Shown here: in pieces, positions 10,210 to 22,363 of the stretch
Layout of the letters: each line of letters begins with the position of its first letter
Numbering within the stretch: the stretch's first letter is position 1
Source: Octopus bimaculoides
Lineage: Eukaryota
Reading direction: 5' to 3'
Length of the DNA: 36,604 nt
Assembly: GCF_001194135.2 (NCBI RefSeq)
Contig: NC_068991.1
Span: forward strand, 47,995,865-48,032,468
Made by a program: the position numbers and the translations under genes
Notes under the pieces: generated by a model
The model's database searches: none
What the model saw: only the letters and a program-made list of their open reading frames with translations
What the model was told of the DNA's origin: nothing

Positions 10210-10297
10210 ATATTATTAAAATGCAATTGAAATAACTGTTTGATTTTTAAGGTGTGATCTAAAACAGATATGATTTTCTTCGTACATATTATTGATT
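10103..10297. mobile_element. MITE-like foldback element (about 75-bp imperfect inverted arms, (TA)n-containing spacer)
   Basis: aatcaataatatgtacgaa...agatcacaccttaaaaatc...tttcaatt (10103-10178) is mirrored by aattgaaa...gatttttaaggtgtgatct...ttcgtacatattattgatt (10225-10297). Confidence 0.8.
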
Positions 10298-10368
10298 GTT
10301 ATATATATAAACGCGCGCACTCTACCCATCCCTCTCCACCCCCTCTCTCTCAAACACACACACATATA

Positions 10369-11622
10369 CCTGGTTGAGTAAACAGTTTTCTCAGATTTTC
10401 ACAGTTGATTTTTGGAAGCTTGTATTTCCATGTTATATCATTAATTTGATACTTGTCCAGTCGATGCTAAATTGTTTGTTCTTTATTTTCATATATAACA
10501 TATAAGCATTAATTGTTTATTATTTACTTTACACCTTTGATAATGAGTGGTGAAAAAATTGCAATTAGAGTCATTTTACGCTACCAGTATGAAAAAGGGC
10601 TGAGTGAAAGGGAGTGGTAAAAGAAATTAATAAGGTGGAAGTCCCAGGAACTGTCAATGAACATGTGACACAAAACTGGTTCAGACGTTTCAAGGAAGGT
10701 GACATCAGACTTGAAGAAAAACCAAGGACAGAAAAATCTTCTGTTACGGAAGATGTAATCTTGTTTGAAATGGTTGAACAACAGCTAAATACAAGCACTC
10801 CTGCATTGTCATCAGAATTTGGTCCTTCACAAATCACCATCATTTGACACCTTCATAAGCCCGGCCTTGTGAGCAGATGCCGTCAAGAAGCTGCTCATGA
10901 ACTGACCAATGATAAGGCTCAATGACGTGAACGTTTGCAAACAATTGTTGGCAAATCCTTGAGACGCCCGTTTTTGGCGTCGAATTGTAACTGGGGATGA
11001 AAAATGGATCTATTTTCGTAAACATAATTAGAGAAATCAGTGGCGTCGTTCCGGCCAGGCTTCAGAACCTGTTTGAACCAGAATGTCATGTTGTGTGTTT
11101 GGTGGAATTTCGATGGAGTGTTGCCCTTTGAATTTGTCCCAGACGTTCATGCTGTGAACGCTAAGCTTCATATTCAACAACTACAGCGAATATATGATAG
11201 TTTGAAAGCCAGCTACCCAGGACTGGCCGACTGCATACATGCACTTCTACAGCATGATAATGCCCCAGTACAGACAGCCAATGTGACAAAGTGCAAACTT
11301 GAGGAACTAGAGGGATAGAGGTACTGCTTCATCCTGCCTATAGTCCAGACCATGTACTATCAGATTGCCACTTTTACCGAGTCATGGCTTATTTACTGCA
11401 CGGACGGAGGCTCAATAGTGCTGATGAGTTTGAAAACGGGTGCAGTGAGATTTTCGCTCCTAAACCAGTCAAATGCAATAAACATGGTATTGAGCTTCTA
11501 GTACAACAAAGGCAAAAGACAATAGAATATGACTGGATATATTTTGATGAATAAACACTTTTCGCATGTGATTTGTTTGAACTAATAAAGATTGAAATAC
11601 GAAGAAACTTTTGACTCAAATT

Positions 11623-11624
<2 letters not shown>
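10369..11624 (+). mobile_element. Mariner (DD34D) DNA transposon, near full length, decayed
   Basis: About 1.26 kb. Degenerate TIRs are ggttgagtaaacagttttctcagatttt and aaatacgaagaaacttttgactcaa, with TA on the left and a transposase remnant inside. Confidence 0.9.
10543..11554 (+). pseudogene. Mariner transposase pseudogene (frameshifts and stops)
   Basis: Motifs: MSGEKIAIRVILRYQYEKG, NWFRRFKEGDIRLEEKPR, AHEL (WVPHEL variant), RIVTGDEKWIYF, MLCVWWNFDG, LLQHDNAP, YSPDHVLSDCHF, YFDE*. Confidence 0.9.
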
Positions 11625-11664
<40 letters not shown>

Positions 11665-11675
11665 CATACATACAT

Positions 11676-11711
<36 letters not shown>

Positions 11712-12741
11712 TCATATATATACGTGTGTGTGTGTATTGGTTTAAGATACATCTTGTGGATGTATCGTCAGTGATGTTTCTGGGGTCTCAGATAATTTCG
11801 GATCTTTCAACATCAGACTTCTTCGACCAGTTGATCCAGCCGGGGTTGATCAAGTCCCAGCTTGTATCCACCCAATAACAACAAACCATTGGTCTACCCT
11901 CTCTATTCAAAGTCACATAGTGGCCTTCTCTGCAGATTCATTGATAGAATAGCTTTCCTCTTGCTGCAACAGTACTCTGCTTCTAACTTAAGCTACCCTA
12001 TGACCATCTTCTTCCTCCCTCCTCAGATACATTTGAATAGTACCTCTTGTGACCCATCGTCTCTGTATGTAAACTTTCCACCGAATTCATGTACAGATAC
12101 CTCCATCAGTTATTCACATCCTTTATGCAGCCATCCCGTCACACATCTGTGACATCTACTACACTCAGTCTCATCAATTACTTTTCTTCTTTATTAGCCT
12201 CTTTAAGCTATTTTGGACTATAAGCTTTAAGTACACCCAAATCGTCATCCTTTACTACAAAGATGGACAATTGATCCCAATTTTTCTTCCTTTCTTTCTT
12301 TTATTTTTTCTCTCGTCCTTTCCTTGCTTTCTCTGTCCCCTTCGTCCTCTCTTTCACTCTCTTTCTCTCTATCCTGATTCTCCTTCCTTCTGTTCGTTGT
12401 TCCTATCAATTTTTTAAAAAACTCCTCCTTTCGTATAAATTATATCATAAAACAAAAATAAAACGTTCGTTTAATTTACAACTCTTGTGCATACATAACT
12501 TCTACCCATTCCGAGTTATTTTTATTTTATATTGATATGCATCGATATAACTACCATTTGACTTCTCTCGTATGAAGTTTATCGACTTTCTTTGATATTT
12601 ATCAATTTGTATTATCCAAGATTATTTAAATTCATGTGTTCCGACAATAGACATTCACATATTCTAAGATATTTATAATAACTAGGGCCATGCCATTAAG
12701 AAAAAAAATCAGCCAATCAGAGATTAATCTAATTGATAGCA

Positions 12742-12968
12742 GTTTCAATTTTTGGCACAAGGCCAGTACGTTTTTGGGAGAAGGGAGACCGTTAGTTGAA
12801 TTATATCGATTCACAGTGATTAGCTGATATTTTATTCTATCGAGCTCGATAAAAGGCAAAGAGATGAAAGGCAAAGTTGAATTCGGCAGGATTTGAACAC
12901 AGATCGTAGGGAACCGGAAGAACTAATGCTAAGCATTTTGTCCGACGCGCCAATGATTTCTGCTAGGT
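12742..12968 (-). mobile_element. SINE family A, diverged
   Basis: tttttggcacaaggccag...gatgaaaggcaaagttga...ggatttgaacacag...ctaagcattttgtccgacgcg. Confidence 0.85.
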
Positions 12969-13043
12969 CAGGAAAACAACTTAATAGCGTCCATTTCAAT
13001 ACTTAGTTTAAAACTATTTTTTAGGAATAAATTTTATATACAT

Positions 13044-13215
13044 AGGTGCAGACATAGTTGTGTGGTTAAGAAACTCGATTTGCAACCACGTAGTATCAGG
13101 TTCAGTCCCACTGCACTGCGCCTTGAGCTTTTACTATAACTTCAGGTCGACCAATGTCTTGTGAGTGAATTAATTTGGTGGGCAGAAACTGAGTGAAAGC
13201 TCATTGTGTATGTGC

Positions 13216-13246
<31 letters not shown>

Positions 13247-13535
13247 CTATAAGTGTGTGTGTGTGTGTGTGTATCGATCTGTGTGCCGTGTATCTTTGTA
13301 CCTAAGTTCATCTCTCTGCCCCCAACATTGTTTGATAACCGTTGTTGGTTTGTTTATGTCCCCGCCTTAGCAGTTCGGCAAGAGGAGCCGTGAGACTGAG
13401 CATCAGCCTTAAAACATTTTTTAAAAAATAAACATAAGTATAGGGGGCGATTTGTTCGACTAAAACCCGTCAATGCGGTGCTTAAGCATGGGCGCAGTCC
13501 ACTGATTGTAACAAGTAACAGATAAAAGAGAAAAG
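13044..13535 (+). mobile_element. Full composite tRNA-derived SINE with internal (TA)n(GT)n
   Basis: Head gttgtgtggttaagaa...ggttcagtcccactgc, then an internal microsatellite, then cttagcagttcggcaa, gatttgttcgactaa and gcggtgcttaagcatgggcgcagtc. Confidence 0.88.
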
Positions 13536-14260
13536 ACAGTGAAGATTATATTTTTTGCTGATATGCATTTTGTACAACTACAAATATGATAAAAGAAAGG
13601 AAGCTGGACTTCGATAATTATGATTCATTCCAATGAACTTAATTGATTAAACTCATTTAGCATTGGTGGTTTGTAAAGCATGAAATAACGATTTACTGTC
13701 ACTGTACCTTATGAAATGGAAGATTCCAGAATATCCTATTCATACCAAATAAAATATTCACTATTTGTCCAGGGAAAAAATCGCAGTTCTATTATGCAAT
13801 GAACCAAAATTATTTGTTTTCGTTCATGTAGTTAAGTGGACAAGCCCACATAGATTTGATTAAGTAATTGAATTATCTAATAATCTAACATTTAATTTAG
13901 CAAAGTCGTTTGTATTAATGCATATACATACATATTTATATGTATGTATGTATGTATGTATGTTTGTATGTATGTATGTATGTATGTACATATGTATTGC
14001 GAACGCGATGAAGAAAAAAAAAAGAAAAAAAGACAACAGTGGCGCGACAAATTTGAACAAATATTGTATTAGTCTAACGCTCAGAAAGGAAAGGAAAGGA
14101 AAAGCTTAGCGTTTCAAACGTTTCTCCTTCCTCAGAAGAACAGTGAAAAAGAAGAAAAGTAAATGAGTGTGAAAAGAGGAAAAAAAAATGGTTGAAAAGA
14201 GAAGAAAGAAACGGATGAGGTGTTAGGAGTTAGGTGGAACATATATATATATATATATAC

Positions 14261-14291
<31 letters not shown>

Positions 14292-14502
14292 AGTGTGTGT
14301 GTGTATGCATAAAGTGTGTGTATATGTGTCAAGTGAAAGTATGTATATTATGTGCTAAAACAAGTGTATTTATATACGCGCACACGTGTATATATATATA
14401 TATATCCGCACATACAGACTCACGCGTATGTATGTATCCACAAACACACACACCCGTGTACGCAAACACACACATACATCTACACTCAGCGACACGGAGA
14501 CA

Positions 14503-15010
14503 CACGCACGCGAGCACACGCGCACGCGAGCACACGCGCACGCGAGCACACGCGCACGCGAGCACACGCGCACGCGAGCACACGCNNNNNNNNNNNNNNN
14601 NNNNNNNNNNNNNNNNNNNNNNNNNNNNNNNNNNNNNNNNNNNNNNNNNNNNNNNNNNNNNNNNNNNNNNNNNNNNNNNNNNNNNNNNNNNNNNNNNNNN
14701 NNNNNNNNNNNNNNNNNNNNNNNNNNNNNNNNNNNNNNNNNNNNNNNNNNNNNNNNNNNNNNNNNNNNNNNNNNNNNNNNNNNNNNNNNNNNNNNNNNNN
14801 NNNNNNNNNNNNNNNNNNNNNNNNNNNNNNNNNNNNNNNNNNNNNNNNNNNNNNNNNNNNNNNNNNNNNNNNNNNNNNNNNNNNNNNNNNNNNNNNNNNN
14901 NNNNNNNNNNNNNNNNNNNNNNNNNNNNNNNNNNNNNNNNNNNNNNNNNNNNNNNNNNNGCACGCGAGCACACACGCACGTGAGCACACACGCACGCGAG
15001 CATACACGCA
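14503..15010. repeat. CpG-rich 16-bp minisatellite (CGCGCACGCGAGCACA)n spanning an N-gap
   Basis: About 5 units lie before the gap and degenerate units after it. Confidence 0.9.
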
Positions 15011-16786
15011 CACAATCACACATAATCACATACACAAACACACACACACACACATACGCAGACAGACAGACAAACAGATAGACAGAAACACACACACACA
15101 CACACACACACAAATCAAGGAATACAATTTAATTGGCATATATGATACATTCCGAACTTATCAAAATTTCTTTCCGAGTAGGAGAACAAACAACCATAGC
15201 GGCAATCGAATTAGTGGGTTGGCTAGTTGATCGAAAAATTAAATACTCCATCGTCGAAACTGCCGGAGATCCATTTTAACGTACGTACGTGTGTACATCT
15301 AGGCTGATGGGAATTGCTACTGGTACCATGAAGGATGGTGTCTGGACACCCAGTAGGACTAAAAACAAGATTTTTCGAAGAAAGGATGAACTCCTTGTGG
15401 GCCAATTGACATACAGTTGGAGAAAGCAAGGGCAAACAACTCCATTATTTCTGCTATGAAAACACTATGAAAAAGTCAGAACGAAGTAGCACTATGGCGT
15501 TATCTGATGAGAGAAACGGCGCTTCACCCGAAAGACTTTTAGTTGCAGTGTCATCAACGCGTTGCAAAGGAGTACGATACATGACACCTACAACAATCCA
15601 TATATATNNNNNNNNNNNNNNNNNNNNNNNNNNNNNNNNNNNNNNNNNNNNNNNNNNNNNNNNNNNNNNNNNNNNNNNNNNNNNNNNNNNNNNNNNNNNN
15701 NNNNNNNNNNNNNNNNNNNNNNNNNNNNNNNNNNNNNNNNNNNNNNNNNNNNNNNNNNNNNNNNNNNNNNNNNNNNNNNNNNNNNNNNNNNNNNNNNNNN
15801 NNNNNNNNNNNNNNNNNNTATATATATATATATATATATATATAACATGAGAGAGATAGGGGTTGAGGGTTCAACCCACTAAGGGATAGTATCTATCCAG
15901 TATACTGCTGGGAGGGTACCCAATTATTGCTACACTAGTGCTATACTAGGTGCAATCAATGGGAGCGGGTAAAAGTGGAGGTTTTACCCAAAATTTGTGT
16001 AACAATTAGAAAATGGAGGATAATATGCTGAACCCAACTACTTGAAGACGGTGTATCCCGTTGAATTCATTAATTTAATTCATAGCAAAAGTGACAAAAA
16101 AGGAATATATATATATAGTGTATTGTTCAGTGATGGTAAGATAAAAGAAAGTAGCTCATCTTGTGAGAGATAAATATTAATTAATAAACACAATATATGT
16201 TTTTATGTGCTACTAGTCTCATGTAGTGAGAACATTGTTTTATAATAAGTCAGGTGTCCCAGCACAATCATCAGACACTGCCCACATGGCATAATGAACT
16301 AAAAATGGGGCGACATATATATATATATATATATTCATAAACATGCATGCATGTATTTTATTTTGCATAGGAGTATATGTGTGCGCCCATATATCTGTAT
16401 GGTATGGTGTAGTGTGGTGTTGGTGGTGGTGTGTGTGTCTGCTGAATTCACGTACATGATTGTATGTATGTTCATTCTACGAAATTTAAATAGAGAGTCC
16501 CTGGAATGCATTATGGATCTGCTTTGTACCACTAAACGATTGGATTCGGAAGGGGAATGCAAGTCACAAAGCGCTGACATTCATATCTTCTGAAGTATGC
16601 ATATATATATGCATATATGCATATATAAATATTTAAATATTCTTTTGCTATTTAACTTTACCAACTGCACCAACGCATGACCATTGTCACCAATTCTGTG
16701 ATAATTGTCAAATTTGTCATTGGAAATACACAAACTATTGATATCCATGTATGTATGTATGTATGTATGTATGTATGTATGTATGT

Positions 16787-17065
16787 CATTAAAGGCCTGT
16801 GATATGCAGGACACTGACTGGGAGAACAATGACTGTCATCACCACAGATGGAGGAAGCAGGTTAAGGAGGGAATCGACACGGCTCGTATAGTGAATGGGG
16901 AAAGCTTGGTCTGCAATGCTTGCAGTCGTGTATGCTTGTCAAGAGTAGGGCTCATTAGCCACCAACGGAGCCGCAAATGCAAAATATAAGTTAGTCCTAC
17001 AGCGCACAATGTTCCTGAAGGTCAGCAATGGTCTTCCTCGCTCACGAGTGGACGGCCATCATGAA
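16787..17065 (+). mobile_element. RTE-clade LINE 3' end embedded in (GTAT)n
   Basis: LKACDMQDTDWEN...RWRKQVKEG...LVCNACSRVCLSRVGLISHQRSRKCKI* carries the typical RTE C-terminal C-x2-C...H zinc motif. The 3' UTR ends gacggccatcatgaatgtatgtatg. Confidence 0.85.
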
Positions 17066-17706
17066 TGTATGTATGTATGTATGTATGTATGCACCCCACC
17101 ACCGNNNNNNNNNNNNNNNNNNNNNNNNNNNNNNNNNNNNNNNNNNNNNNNNNNNNNNNNNNNNNNNNNNNNNNNNNNNNCACACCCATCCCCCCACACT
17201 ATATATATGTATATATTTTCTATTTAATCGCCAGAAATAACCATGTGGCTTACATGCTGAGAGTTTCGTACATTGGCTCTTATACATTAGGCTTGTGCTA
17301 GCATACGTATGTGCGTGTATACGTGTGCATGTATGTATGTATGTATGTATGTATGTATGTATGTATGTATGCATGCATGTATGTATGTATATATATGTTT
17401 GTATGCAGGTACGTACCTACGTATACGTTGATGTATGTATGTGGTCGTGCCATTGGTGACTTAACCAGTAACCCTACCGAGCCTACTTGGTACGAAGGGT
17501 GGTTTTCGTTTGACTTATGTATGCGTACATACACACATACATATGTCTGAATGTCAATACTTGTGCACATTAACACATCGCAAGCTAAACATAAATATTT
17601 TGCATATTTTCGCACCTTCATCAATTATATTTTATTGTTATTTCATAACTAGCCGTGTCCTTTCTCGTTTTATAATACACAATTTTTCATGATTTGTGTG
17701 GATGTA

Positions 17707-18051
17707 TAGGGTGGTCCAAAAGTCTTGCCACCTCCTGTAAATATTGTTTTAATTTTCTATTATCAAGTTTCACAAGAGCAATACCAGAATACCCAACAGT
17801 TGAAAGGCGCTGTTTCGGCAGCCTTTGCAACAATCACCAAAGCATAGCTTCGTAAAATATCACACAGGACATGACGCCGCATCATTTTGTGTCACGAAAA
17901 TGATGGTGCTCATACAGACCTCGATGTGTGACAGTGTCAGTGTCAATGAAAGTGAATATACTAAAGCCAGTACGTGTTTGACATTATTATATTGTTCCTC
18001 TATTGTTCTTATTAGTTTTCGGTAGGATAGGGGGACTTTCGAACCACCCTA
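17707..18051 (+). mobile_element. Internally deleted Tc1/mariner-superfamily DNA transposon (345 bp)
   Basis: TIRs tagggtggtccaaaagtc and gactttcgaaccacccta, with TA on both sides. The interior encodes a transposase C-terminus: QQLKGAVSAAFATITKA*LRKISHRT*RRIILCHENDGAHTD. Confidence 0.8.
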
Positions 18052-18221
18052 TAGTTAGTTATATTACCAGTTCAAACAATAATTACAGTTATATACTTAA
18101 ATAGCTATTCTGGGTTTAGTGTTTGTTCAATTTCTATTTTTTCTGTCCTAGATCATTATACCTATCTTGCTTAAATTTTACAGGATTTTCAGGGAACATT
18201 GTATCAATATTCGTTAATATT

Positions 18222-18247
18222 ACAACAACAACAACAACAACAACAAC

Positions 18248-18307
<60 letters not shown>
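18222..18307. repeat. (ACA)n(ATA)n microsatellite
   Basis: Read directly; it abuts a LINE 5' junction. Confidence 0.95.
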
Positions 18308-18308
<1 letters not shown>

Positions 18309-18950
18309 TTATCTCTGGCTGCCCAGTCCTGGCTGCCCAGTCCTGGCTAAGAAGGAATATATTCACAGACACGACAGAGCTGGGACCAACATACACTGGA
18401 AGCTATGCCAACACTATGGAATAACAACAGAAAAAAGATGGTATAAACACACGCCAGAAAAGGTCACAGAAAACGAGAAAGCAACCATACTCTGAGATAT
18501 GCCAATACACACAGATAGAGAAATTAAGGCAAATGGACTAGATATAGTTGTCAAAGAGCATGAAGAAAAAAAATGCTTTCTAATTGATGTATCAATACCA
18601 GCAGATGACAACGTTTCTCTAAAAGAAATGGAAAAACCTTCAAAATACAAAGACCTGGAAATAAAGGTAACTCGAATGTGGAATCTAAAAACAGAAACAA
18701 TTCCTATCATAGTAGGCGCCTTAGGTATAATAAAAAAATATTCAGACAAATACATAACAAAAACACCAGGACTTACAAATATATATAACACAGAAAATTG
18801 CACTACTGGGCACTGCACACATCCTACGCAAAACACTTTCAATACAGTAACCATAAGAGCACCACAGCAAACCACAGCACATACCCAAGGCGCACAGAGC
18901 TGCGCTCGGTAGTGAAGTGAAAGCACGTTATAAAAATAAAACTACTGAAC
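18308..18950 (+). mobile_element. R4/Dong-clade LINE 3' fragment (RHD, restriction-like endonuclease, 3' UTR) flanked by (AAT)n
   Basis: ISGCPVLAKKEYIHRHDRAGTNIHWKLC...IL*DMPIHTDREIKANGLDIVV...LIDVSIP...KYKDLEI...IPIIVGALG, then frameshifted QKIALLGTAHILRKTLSIQ*, then an (AAT)n tail. Confidence 0.93.
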
Positions 18951-18969
18951 AATAATAATAATAATAATA

Positions 18970-19135
18970 TTCTACTCAATATTCTGCTCAATACCACAGA
19001 TTTGCTTGTCAGTTGTTATGATGCATGTGCCTGGTGTACCCTTATCAAACGGGTAGTCACGATGGGCATACTGAGCTTGGTATATTTTACCCCATTGTCA
19101 CTTTGATGGCATGCACTGCTCTCTCACTCAATAAT
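18970..19135. mobile_element. Fragments of interspersed repeats or SINE tails
   Basis: attctgctcaataccacagatttgcttgtcagttg is shared with 23165-23200, followed by a SINE-like tail ending ctctctcactcaataat. Confidence 0.55.
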
Positions 19136-19828
19136 ATAACAACCTTATAAATACATTGGCTAAAGTAATTTGAAAGAAAAAGGCTAGGCCGTTACGGACT
19201 GATTACCTTTGATCATAGAATTGCTTGATCACGTCTGGCATGAGGGCTAAATGACGAGAACAGTATCCATTTAAATTATGTTAACTCACTGCGAAGTATT
19301 TCATCATAGGTTTCCTACTCCAGAGCTAACATGGGGAGGAGCTGGGAGGCTAAATGACAACAATAATGACGACGACAACAACAACAATAACAAAATCAGT
19401 ATGCAACACATTACGATCGATTCAGTCGCTTAGAAGCAAAAGTCCATACCTATTTAGTGTAAAGTCAGCGTTGATTAAGACTTTACATTTCGCTTGACGG
19501 CTTATTCGTCCAGTCCGGCGAAACTTAAGGTCCAAGTCAACTCTAATTTTACAATGAATTTAACTCGACTGTCAGTGTTGAGTCGCTTCCTGTCAGTAAA
19601 TGTCCTGTTGTTATTCTTAAACTTGCAATAAAATAATAACCACTGTTTAAAATTAAATCCCACTCCTACAAATTTATGAGTCGGTGAAAAATGTAAAATT
19701 ATTACAAATTGTTTCAACCGACGGAAGCTATTATACATAGTCTGATAACTAAGGTATTTTAAATTACTTTGAACTCGCGTATATTTGTGTGAATGCATTT
19801 ATTTGTGAATTTGAATGTATTCATTTAA

Positions 19829-19860
<32 letters not shown>

Positions 19861-19944
19861 CCCACCTCTCTCTGTGCATCTACCCTCTTTCTGTTTCTCT
19901 GTGTTTGCTGATGTAGAACTTTCAGTTAAATGTGTAAATCTATG

Positions 19945-20287
19945 GGAAAGCAGCGAATTGACGGAATCATTACAGCGTCGGAGGAATGCTCCTGCTATTT
20001 GTTCCCTCTCTTGGCGCTCTGAGTTCAAATCACGCCGACGTCAAATAGCAATTGCTGCAATACTCAGCGGCACAAATAGATGATGCTATGCATTGCAGCG
20101 ACCGTCCGAATCCGACTGTTTTTTGGACTGTCTCCAAATAACGATGGTTGACCTTTTTACTGATCAAAATTATCAATTTACCGAAGTCAACTTTGTTTCT
20201 ACCCTTTCTCAGAACGCAGAGAACCGGGAAAAATGTCGCTAAGTATTTTGTCAGAAACACTATCGATTCTTCCAGCTCACCGCCTTA
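19945..20287. mobile_element. Two convergent partial SINE-A heads (+ about 19945-20045; - about 20140-20287)
   Basis: + strand: gcagcgaattgacggaatcatta...ctctgagttcaaatcacgccgacgtc. - strand: ctcagaacgcag...gctaagtattttgtc...ccagctcaccgcct. Confidence 0.65.
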
Positions 20288-20445
20288 ATAATAGTAATAG
20301 TTGTTGTTGTAGTAGTAGTAGTAGTAGTTCCGTTATTGGCCACAGGGGCCACAAAAGGAATTCAGCGACAAAAGACAATGGAGATTTGCATAAACACGTA
20401 TAAACAATAACAATCAATTCACAAACTGGAGGGTCAACCTTAGGA

Positions 20446-20730
20446 ACGAGAAAATGTCTCCACTGTACCGAATCTGTAATAGAGTTGACGAAACCATTGC
20501 CCATATCGTGAACGAATGTCCCAGACTTTCCCAGGGTCATTATAAGTTGTGCCGACACGACGAGGTAGCGCAGAAGTGCTACATTGGAAACTGTGTGAAA
20601 AGTAGGGTCTAGAGAGATGCAAGACGTAGTATGAGCATAAAGTAGAAAGAGTGGCGAAGTCGGAGACCTGCAATATCCTGTGAGATTTCTCAATACAAAC
20701 GGACCAGATGCTAGAGTACAACAAGCTCGA
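20446..20730 (+). mobile_element. R4-clade LINE fragment (zinc knuckle to start of endonuclease), separate subfamily
   Basis: ENVSPLYRICNRVDETIAHIVNECPRLSQGHYKLCRHDEVA..LHWKLCEK*GLERCKT*YEHK...IL*DFSIQTDQMLEYNKL. Confidence 0.88.
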
Positions 20731-21513
20731 GCGTGATCGGTTTGGTCGCTTGGGTGAGACATGTGACTTTCTGTAGTATATCCATATTATACAGTTCAGT
20801 GCCCTTAGCAGCCGTTGCTGCGAATGTATTGTTGTTGTTATTGCTGTTGATGTTGTTATTCACGTTCGAAATATTATTGCCATTTGTGTTGCCGAGATTA
20901 TTTTTGTTTTTGTTTTTGTTTTTTCCTTCTATCAGGATTTTTGTGGTTGCAGTGGTGGTGGTGATAGAGATCGTGATATCCGTGTCCGTGGTCGCATTGT
21001 TGTCGCTGTTAGTTGATGTCTGTGGTATTGTCCCTTTTATTTCAGGAAGTCAACTTCATAGTTAGAATTAAATTACTTTGCTGTGTTGTTATAGTTGTTT
21101 CTGTTAGTTGCCATAGTGTGGTCCTTTGGACTTTGAACCTGTGTCTCCTTCTATTTGAGGGGTGAAGGTGGAGGACTCTAACATTTATTATAACTCACTA
21201 TAAGAGCTACCTCTGACATGCGCACTCGCGTCTCTGAGCAGGGTGGACATCGTTATGTTTGTTTTTAAAGTTATTTTTTTCCATAACAAAATGAAAATTT
21301 TCTTTTCGAATTTTAGCCCCTAAAGGAGTACAAACAAGCAAACCAAGCAGACCTATACAATGCTGGTGGTTTCAAGATTAACAATATTAAACAATCAACA
21401 ACTTTTGGAGGCAAATATAAACAGATAAAAATTATGAGCTATTCGATACGCGTCCAGCCAATACGAAAATAATATTACTACTACTACTACTAATAATAAT
21501 AATAAATTTGACA

Positions 21514-21577
<64 letters not shown>

Positions 21578-21613
21578 GCAATAATAATAATAATAATCAT
21601 GATAATAAAAATT

Positions 21614-22140
21614 AGGAATTTGACAAATATAAGGAATTTGACAAATTGAGGAATTTGACAAATTGAGGAATTTGACAAATTGAGGAATTTGACAAATTGA
21701 GGAATTTGACAAATGAAGTAAATATAAGGACCTGGAAATTGAAATACGAAAGATATGGCATCTTAAAGCGACAACTGTTCCTGTTATTGTTGGTGCCCTA
21801 GGTATGATAAAAAAGGGATGTCAGAAACATCTAGATAAAAAAGGGATGTCAGAAAGATCCCAGGAGAACCATGTCACAGAGAAATCCAAAGATTGTGCTG
21901 ACAAGTACTGCCCACATCCTTAGAGAGACCCTATCCATTTAAATGTCCGTGTTGTATTACATGAAGATATTTCTTCCTCTCCCCAAGCTTTCTTCTCCCC
22001 TGTCACTCCCCCTCCCCCGCCACTTCCCCTCCCCAAGCTTTCAGCCATACTGTAACATATCTCATCCTTCACACGCCCTAGGACGCCGGATGTGTCTCGG
22101 CAAGTGATTGTAACAAACATGCAGATTAAAAGTAAAAAAT
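21614..22140 (+). mobile_element. R4-clade LINE 3' end with six-fold tandem 17-bp unit at its 5' junction
   Basis: (AGGAATTTGACAAATTG)x6 at 21614-21715, then KYKDLEIEIRKIWHLKATTVPVIVGALGMIKKGCQKHLDK...IVLTSTAHILRETLSI* (stop at 21940-21942), a 3' UTR and aataat. Confidence 0.9.
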
Positions 22141-22145
22141 AATAA

Positions 22146-22287
22146 TTATTTCAAATTTTTGCACAAGGTCTGGAATTTTTGTGGGAGGGGTCTAGTCGAT
22201 TACATCGACTCCAGTGTTTCACTGGTACTTAATTTATCGACCCCGAAAGGATGAAAGGCAAAGTTGACGTAGGCGGAATTTGAACTC

Positions 22288-22288
<1 letters not shown>
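22146..22288 (-). mobile_element. SINE family A lacking its head beyond the B box
   Basis: The body is complete up to ggcggaatttgaactc, then (AAT)n and a LINE fragment follow. Confidence 0.9.
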
Positions 22289-22346
<58 letters not shown>

Positions 22347-22363
22347 GGATAATAATAATAATA

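Noticed and set aside
11795-11830. Minus-strand CTGATGTT...GATCCGAAA motif in a possible Penelope-like remnant (11750-12250)
   Set aside because: The core is incomplete, there are no stems and no protein-level support.
15504-15545. CTGATGA...GAAA hammerhead-like motif
   Set aside because: Stem II pairs poorly and no stem I partner can be formed; at best it is a heavily decayed relic.
19670-19745. Long hairpin gtcggtgaaa...tttcaaccgac followed by GGAA
   Set aside because: The core (TTTATGA/GGAA) deviates at invariant positions and no stem I exists.
21614-21715. CRISPR-like regular repeats (also 36270-36325)
   Set aside because: The units are contiguous with no spacers, and the context is eukaryotic retroelement DNA.
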